Assembly (NCBI GenBank): GCA_945876115.1
Contig: CAMCNF010000001.1
Coordinates: forward strand, 1-45,398
Direction: 5' to 3'
Origin: Verrucomicrobia subdivision 6 bacterium
GTDB lineage: Bacteria > Verrucomicrobiota > Verrucomicrobiia > Methylacidiphilales > Verrucolacustridaceae
Length of the DNA stretch: 45,398 nt
Both the position numbers and the translations under genes were made by a program. Of the stretch, positions 20,705 to 30,628 are shown one piece after another (positions within the stretch are counted from its first letter, which is position 1; each line of letters starts with the position of its first letter). The notes beneath the pieces are model-generated. The model saw only the letters and a list, made by a program, of their open reading frames with translations. It did no database searches and was not told the origin of the DNA.

Positions 20705-20974
20705 TTACTGATCTTCTAAAACCGCCGTCGGAACATAGCCACGACGCCGATCCATCGTCTCCACCTCCGCATAGTCTCCGATCACCCGCCGCACGCTGAC
20801 CCGATCTCCGCGATGCAGAGTCGAGGAAGCGGGTGTCACCTGGTTGGGCCCATTCTCTTTCAGGGGCACATCGGAAAGAATCATCGCCAAGCCCGCATCC
20901 CGGCTTCCTGTACCCGCGCAACCTACCAATCCCAAAACTCCTGCGACGGCAAAGATCAAAAGAAGGTTTTTCAT
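20705..20974 (-). CDS. Small lipoprotein with SH3b-like domain
   Basis: Lipobox LVGC; LHRGDRVSV...YAEVET...GYVP. Confidence 0.75.
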   Translation of the reverse strand: MKNLLLIFAVAGVLGLVGCAGTGSRDAGLAMILSDVPLKENGPNQVTPASSTLHRGDRVSVRRVIGDYAEVETMDRRRGYVPTAVLEDQ

Positions 20975-21046
20975 ACCTACCAGCTAGCAACCCACCGCCT
21001 TTTGGCAACCCTTGCCCTTTTCTCCATCTGTTCGCAGTTTAACTGG

Positions 21047-21721
21047 ATGCCCTTAGCCACCACCCTGGTCCGCCTAATCCAAGACGGAAAATCTTCCCCT
21101 GCTAAAAATATGGCGGTCGACGAATCCCTCCTCCGCCACGTCGTCCAGCCCGTTCTCCGCATTTATGGCTGGTCCATTCCCTGCCTCTCCCTCGGCTACT
21201 TTCAAAAGTCGTCCCTCGTTACAAAAGATCAGGCCTTTGTGCGGCGCTACACCGGCGGAGGAATCGTCGAACACGGTCACGATTTGACCTACACCCTCAT
21301 CCTGCCCGCCCACCACCCCTTAACCACTTCGGGAACTCTGCCCAGCTACCGAGCCGTTCATCAGGCCGTCGCTAAGGCACTGACTGCTTGCGGTATCCCC
21401 TGCCAACTCTCCTCCGCCCAACCCCTCAACGATGACCCCTCCTGCTTTCTTAAACCCGTCCCAGCCGACGTTCTCGACTCCTCAGGCCACAAACTCGCAG
21501 GGGCTGCCCAGCGCCGCACAAAACAGGGCTGCCTCCACCAAGGAAGTATCCTTTTGCATGGGCCGATCCCCGCCTCCCTCTCCGCCCACCTCATCCGCTC
21601 CCTCGAAGAGTGCCTTCAGGCCCAAACCAAGGAATCGACTCTCACCGCCCAAGAAATTCAGTCCACTACCGACCTAGAAACCAGTCGCTACGCCAACCGA
21701 GAGTGGAACTTTTTGCGCTGA
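21047..21721 (+). CDS. Lipoate-protein ligase / octanoyltransferase (LplA/LipM family)
   Basis: NMAVDESLL, LRIYGW, RRYTGGG, KLAGAAQRR, HQGSI; start reassigned to ATG 21047, preceded by TTGCCC-N17-CAGTTT-N6. Confidence 0.88.
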   Translation: MPLATTLVRLIQDGKSSPAKNMAVDESLLRHVVQPVLRIYGWSIPCLSLGYFQKSSLVTKDQAFVRRYTGGGIVEHGHDLTYTLILPAHHPLTTSGTLPSYRAVHQAVAKALTACGIPCQLSSAQPLNDDPSCFLKPVPADVLDSSGHKLAGAAQRRTKQGCLHQGSILLHGPIPASLSAHLIRSLEECLQAQTKESTLTAQEIQSTTDLETSRYANREWNFLR

Positions 21722-21722
21722 C

Positions 21723-22337
21723 CTATCCCTTTTTCTTTCCCGCACCCCAAATCAGGCCGACAACCACCAAAACAACCAGCCCAATTAAGATCAAACTTCC
21801 CTGTCCAACCCACCGCTCTGCCAATCGCGTTGCCGCGGCCGTTTTGGCAAATCGTTCACCCGCTAACGCGCTCAGCCAAATCCACAAAGGAGCATAGACC
21901 AAAGCCCCCAGAGCATTCAGACCGATAAACTTCCCCAGCGGCATGGCATGCCGTCCCGCAAAAAAGAAAACTCCAAATCGTACCGCAGGGATAAACCGAC
22001 CTAGAAAAACAGTCTTCATTCCATGTTTTTCAAAGAGGTGCTCAATTTTCTTCTGCCGCTCAGGCGAAAAGACCACCGACCCTAAGCGCGTCTGCAAAAA
22101 CCACCTCCCACCCCTTCTTCCCAAAAAGTAAACCCATAAATCTCCCGATAGAATTCCCGTTAAGCAGGCCAAGCAGGTCCACCCGTATGAGGAGGTTCCC
22201 CAACCCACCGATAATCCACTCGCCACCAGCAAAGGCTCCTCAGGAAGCGGTACACCCATGGCCGAGATAAAGAGAATCCCAAACATCGCCAAATAACGAA
22301 AGTCCGAGATCGCTCCAATCAGGAAGTCGAGAGTCAT
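21723..22337 (-). CDS. DedA family membrane protein
   Basis: GVPLPEE, GDLWVYFLGR, FLGRFIPAVR. Confidence 0.92.
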   Translation of the reverse strand: MTLDFLIGAISDFRYLAMFGILFISAMGVPLPEEPLLVASGLSVGWGTSSYGWTCLACLTGILSGDLWVYFLGRRGGRWFLQTRLGSVVFSPERQKKIEHLFEKHGMKTVFLGRFIPAVRFGVFFFAGRHAMPLGKFIGLNALGALVYAPLWIWLSALAGERFAKTAAATRLAERWVGQGSLILIGLVVLVVVGLIWGAGKKKG

Positions 22338-22396
22338 CGCGAGGAAGGGGTTTGCATTGTCGGAAGGGGGTTTTCCACTAAAAAAAGCAGACCCCT

Positions 22397-23587
22397 ATGT
22401 ACCTCAATTTAGGCATTACAGCCAAAGCTCTTTATCTGTCTTACCTAGGAAGCCCTTTCCAACTGAGGCGCTGGGTCATTGTCACTTTCTTTCTCTTTCT
22501 GCTTTGTTTCTTCTGGATCGTCGTGGCGATCGGGCGTCTCCTCGACCATATCCTTTACCCAGATTTTCGCCGGCAGGAAATCCGTCAGCCCATTTTCATT
22601 GTCGCCCCTCCCCGCAGTGGCACCACCTTCCTGCAAAGACTACTCGCACAAGACCGCGATACCTTTGCCCCCGTTCTCATGTATCAAACCATTTTTCCGA
22701 GCATCACCATCCAGAAGCTTATTCATTCCGTAGCTCAGGCCAGCCGCCAAAAGGGCCATCTCCTTTCTGATATCTTCTCTTGGATTGAACGCCACTGCTT
22801 CGGAGGGTGGGACGGCATGCACAAAATGCGTTTCACCCAGCCTGAGGAAGAGGCGGGTTTCTTTGTCTATACCTTTGTCACCGAAGCTATCTATCTACTC
22901 TTCCCTTTTGTCCGTGCCTTGTGGGGAGCTGGATTTGCCGACGCCCTACCTCTCCGACAACAAAAGAAACTCATGAAGTACTACCGCTCCTGCTTACAAA
23001 GACATCTTTACCTCAACGGCCCCAACAAATTTCTTCTCTCCAAAGCCACTCAGTTTTCTGGATCTATTCTATGCCTTCAACGAGAATTTCCCGACGCTCG
23101 GATTATTAATATTCTGCGAAATCCTCGGGAATCGATCCCTTCCCACGTCAGCGTCTTCTTCACCGTCTGGCAGTGGATCGATCCGTCCATTCAGAAAAGT
23201 GGGCCCGAATCTCGCGAATATGCCGAGCTCGCTGCTGCTTGGTTTCTTCACTTGGAAAAGTTTGATATCTCAGCTCGACCTGAGCGTTACTACCGGATTC
23301 TTTATCCCGACCTTGTTCAGAACACCGAGAGATCGATTCAATCCATCTATCGCCGATTCAATCTTCCCCTTTCGGCACAAGCAAAACGCCAAATTAAGTC
23401 CGATGCCCGACTCGCCGTGGACTACAAAAGCTCCCACCTCTACACCATGGCGGAATACGGCTTATCGCCTGAGTGGTTGCGGCGAGAGCTCGGGGGTCTT
23501 ATGAAAAGACATGGATTTTCTGCCTCGATCCCTCCCCGCCCGTCTCCGCGCCAGCCCTTAAGAAAAACGCGCTCCATCCCAAAATAA
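22397..23587 (+). CDS. Membrane-anchored PAPS-dependent sulfotransferase
   Basis: 5'-PSB IFIVAPPRSGTTFL, 3'-PB INILRNPRESIPS, N-terminal TM segment. Confidence 0.88.
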   Translation: MYLNLGITAKALYLSYLGSPFQLRRWVIVTFFLFLLCFFWIVVAIGRLLDHILYPDFRRQEIRQPIFIVAPPRSGTTFLQRLLAQDRDTFAPVLMYQTIFPSITIQKLIHSVAQASRQKGHLLSDIFSWIERHCFGGWDGMHKMRFTQPEEEAGFFVYTFVTEAIYLLFPFVRALWGAGFADALPLRQQKKLMKYYRSCLQRHLYLNGPNKFLLSKATQFSGSILCLQREFPDARIINILRNPRESIPSHVSVFFTVWQWIDPSIQKSGPESREYAELAAAWFLHLEKFDISARPERYYRILYPDLVQNTERSIQSIYRRFNLPLSAQAKRQIKSDARLAVDYKSSHLYTMAEYGLSPEWLRRELGGLMKRHGFSASIPPRPSPRQPLRKTRSIPK

Positions 23588-23602
23588 TATTTTCTGCGAT
23601 TA

Positions 23603-25246
23603 TTATTTGGAAATACGCGGATCAAACCGCTGAGCCAAAGGAATTCGCCGGCCCACCCCAAATGCTTTCGTCGTCACCTTCAACCCAGGTGCCGCTTGCC
23701 TCCTCTTGTACTCCGAAAGATCAATCTTTCTCACGATTTCCTCCGCCATCGGCCGAGCAATCCCCTTTTTTACCATCTCCCGAATCGAACCCTCGTTCAC
23801 CACATAGCTCTCTAAAATTCGATCCAACTCCTCATACGAAGGCAAACTATCCTGATCCTTCTGATCGGGCCGCAGCTCCGCACTCGGCGCCTTCTCAATT
23901 GAACTTTTTGGAATAATCTCCCGCTCCCGATTAATCCACCGCGCAATTCGGTAGACCAACGTCTTCGGCACATCCGCAATCACCGCCAGCGCCCCGCACA
24001 TATCCCCGTATAAAGTACAGTACCCTACTGCCAGTTCACTTTTATTTCCCGTAGTCAGGAGGAGGCGCCCAGAGTCATTCGAAATCCCCATCAGAATCAC
24101 TCCCCGAAGACGCGACTGTAAATTCTCTTCGGTCAAACCCCCACTCCGCCCCCCGCGAGATGGCGTGATCGCCTGCAACATCGCGGCAAAGGGCTCCTCA
24201 ATCGGAATCTTTTGATACCGAATCCCTAACCGTTTGGCTAACGCCTCCGCATCCGCCACGCTTCCTGGGCTCGAAAAACGACTCGGCATCGCCACCCCCA
24301 ACACCTTGTCCTTTCCCAAAGCTTCAGCCGCAATCACCGCAGTCAACGCACTATCGATTCCCCCACTTAATCCCAGCACCACCTCTTGGAAACCACACTT
24401 CCCCAAATAATCTCTCGTTCCCAAAACCAGTGCGCGAAAAATCTGCTCCTCTTCACTAGCCCACTCTATTTTTTTCTCCTGCCCATCCAAATCCACCACT
24501 TTTACTTCTTCAGCAAAAGCCAATCCCATACTCAAAAGCTTACCTCGCTTACTCAAAACGAGGCTTTGCCCATCAAAAACAAGTTCATCATTCCCCCCCA
24601 CCGCATTGACCTGCACCACAGGAATCTTCTCCCTCTTCGCCACCCTCTCCAACAAACGGTACCGCGTCTTTTCCTTGCCTTGATGCCAAGGCGATGCCGA
24701 GAGATTGATCAGGAGATCTATACCTTTTTTTGCTAATTCCCTTACCGGATCAGCTAAGTACCTCCGCTCCATCCAGACATCCTCATCATTCCAAATATCT
24801 TCACAAATCGTCACCCCCACCCGCCGACCGCCGATCCGCACTGGCGCCACTTTCTCTCCAGGCTCAAAATATCGGTCCTCATCAAATACATCGTAGGTCG
24901 GTAAAAGGCGCTTCCGTGCCACCACCCGCACTTTTCCCTTCTCAAATAGAAAGGCCACATTGTGCAATGGCCGACCCTCTTTCTTGGTCGATTTCTCAAT
25001 CCCACCCATCAGCAAAGGGACTCTCCCAACCCTTTTGGCTAACTCCCGTAGCCCACGATCATGCCCTTCTAAAAAATCCGCTCGATTGAGCAAATCCCTT
25101 GGCGGATAACCACAAAGACCAAGCTCAGGAGCCACCACTAATTCCGCACCCAACTCGACCGCCTCCCCATACGCACGGGCCACTTTGTCCGCGTTTTTCT
25201 CAAAATCCCCGATCGTAAAATTAAGCTGAAGAATACCAATATTCAT
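23603..25246 (-). CDS. nadE: Glutamine-dependent NAD+ synthetase
   Basis: Nitrilase domain (PELGLCGY, KRLLP, ICEDIW) plus synthetase (LSGGIDS, ENLQSRLRG, NKSE, APSAEL). Confidence 0.97.
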   Translation of the reverse strand: MNIGILQLNFTIGDFEKNADKVARAYGEAVELGAELVVAPELGLCGYPPRDLLNRADFLEGHDRGLRELAKRVGRVPLLMGGIEKSTKKEGRPLHNVAFLFEKGKVRVVARKRLLPTYDVFDEDRYFEPGEKVAPVRIGGRRVGVTICEDIWNDEDVWMERRYLADPVRELAKKGIDLLINLSASPWHQGKEKTRYRLLERVAKREKIPVVQVNAVGGNDELVFDGQSLVLSKRGKLLSMGLAFAEEVKVVDLDGQEKKIEWASEEEQIFRALVLGTRDYLGKCGFQEVVLGLSGGIDSALTAVIAAEALGKDKVLGVAMPSRFSSPGSVADAEALAKRLGIRYQKIPIEEPFAAMLQAITPSRGGRSGGLTEENLQSRLRGVILMGISNDSGRLLLTTGNKSELAVGYCTLYGDMCGALAVIADVPKTLVYRIARWINREREIIPKSSIEKAPSAELRPDQKDQDSLPSYEELDRILESYVVNEGSIREMVKKGIARPMAEEIVRKIDLSEYKRRQAAPGLKVTTKAFGVGRRIPLAQRFDPRISK

Positions 25247-25297
25247 AAGCCACTGTTCTTTAGTATTTTATGCATTTTATATGTTTTTCGGCATCCG

Positions 25298-25325
25298 TTG
25301 ACAAAGCTCTGTAGATTTGTAGCCT
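25298..25325 (+). promoter_or_regulatory. Putative sigma70 promoter of hpnH
   Basis: TTGACA-N16-TAGCCT, 13 nt before ATG 25339; no SD. Confidence 0.5.
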
Positions 25326-25338
25326 CATCCCTTCTCTT

Positions 25339-26355
25339 ATGCCAGTTCCTGTTAGCCAAGCTTGGACAGTTGCCTCCTACGTACTCGGGCAGAAGTTGCG
25401 TGGGGTCAAACGGTATCCGCTTGTCCTTATGCTCGAGCCCCTCTTCCGCTGCAATCTTTCTTGCGCAGGTTGCGGTAAAATCCAGTACCCCGATCACATC
25501 CTTAATAAACGCCTCACCCCCCAACAGTGCTGGGACGCCACCGACGAGTGCGGCGCCCCCATGGTCTCCATCCCTGGCGGCGAACCTCTGATCCATCCCG
25601 AGATCGATTCGATCGTCGAAGGCCTCGTCGCCCGCAAAAAGTACATCTACCTTTGCACCAACGCACTCCTCCTCAAGCGGAAGCTCGATCTCTTTAAACC
25701 CACAAAATACCTAACCTTCAGCATCCACATGGATGGTCTCGAACCCGAACACGATGCCGCCGTCTGTCGCGATGGCACCTACCAAGTCGCCCTTGAAGCC
25801 ATCAAAGAAGCCGTCGCCCGCGGATTCCGCGTCACCACCAATACCACCCTCTTCGAAGGCACCAATCCCACTCGCGTCCGCGAATTTTTTGATGCCATGA
25901 TGAAACTGAACGTCGAAGGCATGATGCTTTCCCCAGGCTACAGCTACCAAAAAGCACCCGATCAGGAACATTTCTTAGGTCGCGAACGCACCAAAAAACT
26001 CTTCCAAGAAATTCTTAAAGGCCGCAAAAAATCTTGGAAATTTAATCTTTCCCCCAATTTCCTCGAGTTCCTCCAAGGCAACGTCGACTACGATTGCACC
26101 CCTTGGGGCAACCCCACCTATAACGTCTTCGGTTGGCAGAAACCCTGCTACCTCCTGCAAGACGGCTACGTCCCCACCTTCAAAGAATTAATGTCCGATA
26201 CCATGTGGGAAAATTATGGGCAGAAAAGTGGCAACGTGAAGTGCCGCGACTGCATGGTGCATTGTGGATACGAAGCCAGCTCCGTCGACGACACCTTCGG
26301 CTCTCTTCCAGGATTCGCCCGCACGGTCAAAGCCGCCATCGCCTACGGAACCTGA
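25339..26355 (+). CDS. hpnH: Adenosyl-hopene transferase (radical SAM, hopanoid biosynthesis)
   Basis: YPLVLMLEPLFRCNLSCAGCGKI, CTPWGNPT, WQKPCYLL, CRDCMVHCGYE. Confidence 0.95.
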   Translation: MPVPVSQAWTVASYVLGQKLRGVKRYPLVLMLEPLFRCNLSCAGCGKIQYPDHILNKRLTPQQCWDATDECGAPMVSIPGGEPLIHPEIDSIVEGLVARKKYIYLCTNALLLKRKLDLFKPTKYLTFSIHMDGLEPEHDAAVCRDGTYQVALEAIKEAVARGFRVTTNTTLFEGTNPTRVREFFDAMMKLNVEGMMLSPGYSYQKAPDQEHFLGRERTKKLFQEILKGRKKSWKFNLSPNFLEFLQGNVDYDCTPWGNPTYNVFGWQKPCYLLQDGYVPTFKELMSDTMWENYGQKSGNVKCRDCMVHCGYEASSVDDTFGSLPGFARTVKAAIAYGT

Positions 26356-26387
26356 CCCCCACCGTCGGTCTACCCCCCCCTCCTCTT

Positions 26388-26786
26388 ATGCCCCAAGCCG
26401 ATAAACACGCCCTCCCCTCTCATAAACCCGGCTCCATCGAACACACCACCCTCGCTTGCACCGACGCCGCCTCCCGCCAAAACGCCCTAACTACCGCTTT
26501 CGACTACCGCGGAGACATTACCCTCGACCTAAACGATGGTAAAAAAGTTATCGGCTTTGTTTTCCGCTACGATGAGAACCCTGGCCAAGTTCACCTCTTC
26601 GTCGTGCATGGCAAAGACTCCATCCCCCAGATCGTCCCCGCCGACACCATAACCGCTGTTCACTTCACTGGCGAAGATACCGCCTTCGGAAAATCGTGGG
26701 ACGACTGGACCACTAAAGCCGAAAAAGAACGCGTCAAAGAAGCCGCCCGCCTCGCTCGCGAATCTGTCGCCCGCGGCGAGCTCTGA
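26388..26786 (+). CDS. Conserved-looking hypothetical protein with Sm/LSm-like pattern
   Basis: Start reassigned to MPQADK; AFDYRGDITLDLNDGKKVIGFVF...VPADTITAVHFTG. Confidence 0.65.
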   Translation: MPQADKHALPSHKPGSIEHTTLACTDAASRQNALTTAFDYRGDITLDLNDGKKVIGFVFRYDENPGQVHLFVVHGKDSIPQIVPADTITAVHFTGEDTAFGKSWDDWTTKAEKERVKEAARLARESVARGEL

Positions 26787-26796
26787 GTTACTCCCC

Positions 26797-27063
26797 ATGC
26801 GCCGTTGCATGGAATGGACTGATAAGGCCGAAGGCGACCGTCCAGAAACTACCTACCGCGTCTCCCTTTTCTCGGGTGTCGTTCGCTGGCAACGAAAAGA
26901 AAAAAGCGCAGAAAAATGGGAAACCCCAAAACTCCTCGCCACCGAAACCTGGGAACGCCTCATTGAAGAAGTCGATAAACGCTACCAACGCCGCCGCGCT
27001 CGCCACGATGATGTCCTTCTCATCCGCTCTGCCTTCAAAACCGCACCCAAACTCCCCAGCTAG
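26797..27063 (+). CDS. Hypothetical protein
   Basis: 88-aa ORF 10 nt after previous stop, co-oriented, plausible composition. Confidence 0.6.
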   Translation: MRRCMEWTDKAEGDRPETTYRVSLFSGVVRWQRKEKSAEKWETPKLLATETWERLIEEVDKRYQRRRARHDDVLLIRSAFKTAPKLPS

Positions 27064-27155
27064 TCCGCCCCTAAAACCTCTACCCAACCCCTTTCCGTCC
27101 TTTGCGTGAGCAACGCAGACATAATCGCGTCCCTTCCGCTAGAAAAAGTCCCGCC

Positions 27156-27184
27156 TTGCTCAGTACCTTACTTTCCGATACTCT
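27156..27184 (+). promoter_or_regulatory. Putative near-leaderless promoter of rplU
   Basis: TTGCTC-N17-TACTCT-N8-ATG(27193). Confidence 0.55.
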
Positions 27185-27192
27185 TTACTCTT

Positions 27193-27516
27193 ATGGCAAA
27201 AGTAGCCGTCATTCGCACGGGAGGAAAACAGTACAAGGTCATCGAAGGCGAAACCTTGGAAATTGAACGCCTTACCGCCGCTCCAGGAACCTCTACCGAG
27301 TTCTCCGATGTCCTTCTTTTGATCGATGATGCCGATGTTAAAATCGGTAAGCCCAACGTCTCGGGCGCCAAAGTCACCGCAGAAGTCCTCATCCACGATC
27401 GCGCCCCCAAGGTCATCGCCTTCAAATACCGTCGTCGCGAAGGTTACCACCGCACCGTGGGCCATCGCCAAGCCCGTACCAAAGTAAAGATTCAGAAGAT
27501 TTCCGTCGGTAAATAA
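27193..27516 (+). CDS. rplU: 50S ribosomal protein L21
   Basis: AVIRTGGKQYKV, GHRQ; start reassigned to ATG 27193. Confidence 0.97.
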   Translation: MAKVAVIRTGGKQYKVIEGETLEIERLTAAPGTSTEFSDVLLLIDDADVKIGKPNVSGAKVTAEVLIHDRAPKVIAFKYRRREGYHRTVGHRQARTKVKIQKISVGK

Positions 27517-27531
27517 AGGGAGAACTCTAAA

Positions 27532-27792
27532 ATGGCCCATAAGAAAGGACAGGGATCGACCCGCAACGGACGCGATAGCCGCAGTCAACGTCTTGGCGTC
27601 AAATGCTTCGGCGGGGAAACAGTTCCCGCAGGATCCATTATCATCCGCCAACGCGGCACCCGCTTCCATGCAGGCGCCAATGTCGGCATGGGCCGTGATC
27701 ACACCCTCTTCGCTCTCTCCCACGGTCAGGTTCGCTTCGATAAAGGCAATCGTCGCATCCACGTCGATCCGACCCCCGTCGCGGCTGCCTAA
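27532..27792 (+). CDS. rpmA: 50S ribosomal protein L27
   Basis: [29 protein letters not shown]. Confidence 0.98.
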   Translation: MAHKKGQGSTRNGRDSRSQRLGVKCFGGETVPAGSIIIRQRGTRFHAGANVGMGRDHTLFALSHGQVRFDKGNRRIHVDPTPVAAA

Positions 27793-27823
27793 GCCCGATT
27801 CTGGGGCCCCATCTGGCCCGTCC

Positions 27824-30628
27824 GTGATCCGTTCTGTCGAATGGCTTCGTATCCGAGGAGCACGACAACACAATCTCGCCAATCTCTCTGTTGATATTCC
27901 ACGTCACCAACTCGTAGTCTTCACCGGTCCCTCAGGCTCAGGAAAATCCTCCCTCGCTTTCGATACCATCTATGCCGAAGGGCAGCGGCGCTATCTCGAA
28001 AGCCTCTCCGCCCACGCCCGTCTTCACCTCGAACGTCTCCCCGCTACCGCCATCGATTCCATTGAAGGCCTTTCCCCTACCCTCGCCGTCGAGCAACACC
28101 ACTCCGGCAGCTCCGCCCGATCCACTCTCGCCACCTCCACCGAAATCCACGATCACCTCCGTATTCTCTTCGCCACAAATGGTACCCCGCACGACCCGAA
28201 AACAGGTCGCCCCCTCCGCTCCTCCTCGCCCCAAGAGATCGTCGAACAGATTATCAAAGAAGGTGCAGGTCGCCCTGCCGTCATCCTCTCTCCCATCCAA
28301 TCCGCCGACCCTTCTCGCTTGAAAAAAGAAGGTTTTCTCCGCGCTCGCCATAAGAACCAACTCGTCGAGATCTCCACCCTTCCCACAGAAACTGATCTCC
28401 TCGAACTCGTCATCGACCGAATCGTTCTTCAATCCTCAGCTCAAGCTCGACTCGCTGATTCGATTGAACTCGCCTTCCGCCTCGGCCAAGGCCGTTTCAA
28501 AGTTGCTTTCACTTCGCCCGACTTCTCCACTCTTCTCAAACTTCCCGATCTTACTTTTTCTACCGAGCCCGAGGATCCCGAAACCGGATACCGCGCTCCC
28601 CGCCTCACCCCACGCCACTTCTCCTTCAACAGCCCAGAAGGTGCCTGCCCCACCTGTTCAGGCCTTGGCACCCTCCTTGCTCCCGATCCAAACAAAATTC
28701 TGCCTAACCCATCTCTTTCTCTCGATCGGGGTGCCGTCGCCCCTTGGAATCGCGCTAATCCAAAAATGCGCGCCTTCTACCGCACTTTCGGACGCCAACT
28801 CTCAGCCCACTTAAAAATCGATTCCGCCACGCCACTTTCTTCATGGCCAACCTCCGCCAAGAAATTTCTCCTCCACGGCTCCAAGGCACGCGTCGCTTCT
28901 TTAAAAAAACCCTTCGAAGGCCTTGTTCCCGAGCTTCAACGCCAGTTTCTCAGCCTCAAATCCGAACCAGCACGCCTCCGCCTGCGCCGTTTCTTCACGC
29001 CTACTCTTTGCACTGCCTGCAATGGAAAACGCCTCGCCCCTCCGTCTCTCTCCGTCACCCTTGGCGGTCTCCTAGGCCAAGGTCACGATATCGCATCCTT
29101 CTGTGCTCTCTCCATTTCCCATGCCCAAGAGTGGCTTTCCCAGCTTACCCCGACCACCGGTCCTTCCGCCCACGCCTTCGAACCCCTTCGAAAAGCACTC
29201 CTCCAGCGTCTCGGTTTTCTTCAACAACTCGGTCTTGGATACCTCACCCTCGATCGTGCCATGGACACTCTCTCTGGAGGGGAATCCCGCCGTGCACGCC
29301 TCGCCACTCAAGTCGGCGGTGGCCTGACCGGGGTTCTCTACGTACTCGATGAACCCAGCATCGGTCTTCACCCCACCGATCACTCTCGACTCCTCGACCT
29401 CCTTTTTCATCTCCGCGACCTTGGAAACTCCCTCATCCTCGTCGAGCATGACGAAGAAACGCTCCGACGCGCTGACCACCTCATCGAGTTCGGACCTGGC
29501 GCAGGTTCCGAAGGAGGCCGCCTCGTAGCTCAAGGTACTCCCAAGGAAATTGCCAAGCGCACCGACTCACTCACGGGTGCATTTCTTTCGGGTCGCAGAA
29601 AGATCTCCTTCCCGCCCCGCCCCTTCAATCCTCGCAACTGGCTCCACCTTCGCGGGGCCTCAGCCCATAACCTTAAGAATGTCGACGCCTCTATCCCCCT
29701 CGGATTCCTCACCTGCGTCACAGGGGTAAGTGGCTCGGGTAAAAGTACTCTTATTTTTGATACACTCGCTCCCGCTCTCCTCCGCCACTTCGGTGGACCC
29801 AACTCTGCCCCCACTCCAGGACACTTTACCCACCTCGAGGGCGCCCATCTTGTCTCCCGTGCCCTTGTCATCGATCAAACACCCCTCCCACGACTCTCCC
29901 GTTCCAATCCACTCACTATTCTCGGAGTCTTCGATGATCTCCGCCAACTCTTCGCCACCTTACCTGCCGCCAAGGCCCGCGGCTTTGGTCCCTCCCGCTT
30001 CAGCTTTAACCTTCGCGGGGGTCGATGTGAAACCTGCTCAGGCCACGGAGAAATCGCTGTTCAACTCCAGCTTCTCCCGGAAGCCATCGCACCCTGCTCA
30101 ACCTGCGGAGGTCTCCGCTATAACCGCGAAACCCTTGCCATCACCTACCGCGGTCACTCCATCGCCGATATTCTAAATCTCTCCGTTGATCGCGCCCTCA
30201 ACCTCCTCCGCCCGATTCCAAATCTCGCCGAAGCTCTCCTCGCCTTGCAAAAGGTCGGACTCGGCTACCTACCCATCGGTCAGTCCGCCGAACGACTTTC
30301 CGGGGGAGAGGCCCAACGCGTCCGCCTCGCCTCCGCCCTCGCCCACCGCACCTCAGGTCCCTCCATCTACCTGCTCGACGAACCCACCACCGGACTTCAC
30401 CTTTCCGAAGTGGAGCGACTCCTCTCAGTTTTCTTCGATTTATGCCAATCTGGCCATACCCTCATCGTCGTGGAACATCACCCCGACATCATTCGCCACG
30501 CCGATCATATCCTCGACCTCGGGCCAGGAGGTGGAAACGAAGGCGGTCGCCTAATCGCCTCAGGACCGCCCGCGTCTATTGCTCTCTGCACAGAAAGTCT
30601 CACCGCTCGTATCTTCACTCAGAAATGA
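27824..30628 (+). CDS. uvrA: Excinuclease ABC subunit A (divergent UvrA)
   Basis: GARQHNL, GPSGSGKSS, LSGGE x2, DEPSIGLH, GVSGSGKST, DEPTTGLH; start reassigned to GTG 27824. Confidence 0.9.
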   Translation: MIRSVEWLRIRGARQHNLANLSVDIPRHQLVVFTGPSGSGKSSLAFDTIYAEGQRRYLESLSAHARLHLERLPATAIDSIEGLSPTLAVEQHHSGSSARSTLATSTEIHDHLRILFATNGTPHDPKTGRPLRSSSPQEIVEQIIKEGAGRPAVILSPIQSADPSRLKKEGFLRARHKNQLVEISTLPTETDLLELVIDRIVLQSSAQARLADSIELAFRLGQGRFKVAFTSPDFSTLLKLPDLTFSTEPEDPETGYRAPRLTPRHFSFNSPEGACPTCSGLGTLLAPDPNKILPNPSLSLDRGAVAPWNRANPKMRAFYRTFGRQLSAHLKIDSATPLSSWPTSAKKFLLHGSKARVASLKKPFEGLVPELQRQFLSLKSEPARLRLRRFFTPTLCTACNGKRLAPPSLSVTLGGLLGQGHDIASFCALSISHAQEWLSQLTPTTGPSAHAFEPLRKALLQRLGFLQQLGLGYLTLDRAMDTLSGGESRRARLATQVGGGLTGVLYVLDEPSIGLHPTDHSRLLDLLFHLRDLGNSLILVEHDEETLRRADHLIEFGPGAGSEGGRLVAQGTPKEIAKRTDSLTGAFLSGRRKISFPPRPFNPRNWLHLRGASAHNLKNVDASIPLGFLTCVTGVSGSGKSTLIFDTLAPALLRHFGGPNSAPTPGHFTHLEGAHLVSRALVIDQTPLPRLSRSNPLTILGVFDDLRQLFATLPAAKARGFGPSRFSFNLRGGRCETCSGHGEIAVQLQLLPEAIAPCSTCGGLRYNRETLAITYRGHSIADILNLSVDRALNLLRPIPNLAEALLALQKVGLGYLPIGQSAERLSGGEAQRVRLASALAHRTSGPSIYLLDEPTTGLHLSEVERLLSVFFDLCQSGHTLIVVEHHPDIIRHADHILDLGPGGGNEGGRLIASGPPASIALCTESLTARIFTQK

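Noticed and set aside
20813-21046. Long upstream extensions in the ORF track (also for TPR, map, panB, rplU, 26133, 34523, 35239)
   Set aside because: They overlap neighbouring genes; downstream starts give signal peptides, family-typical N-termini or coupling
25243-25596. 117-aa ORF overlapping the nadE start, antisense to hpnH
   Set aside because: Shadow of the conserved hpnH coding sequence
26373-26380. C8 tract between hpnH and the next gene
   Set aside because: Intergenic and expected from the C-rich strand bias
27593-27823. 77-aa N-terminal extension of UvrA overlapping rpmA
   Set aside because: Alternative frame of rpmA with no UvrA similarity; GTG 27824 gives a normal N-terminus
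27160-27882. 240-aa minus-strand ORF
   Set aside because: Antisense shadow of rplU-rpmA with no recognisable motif
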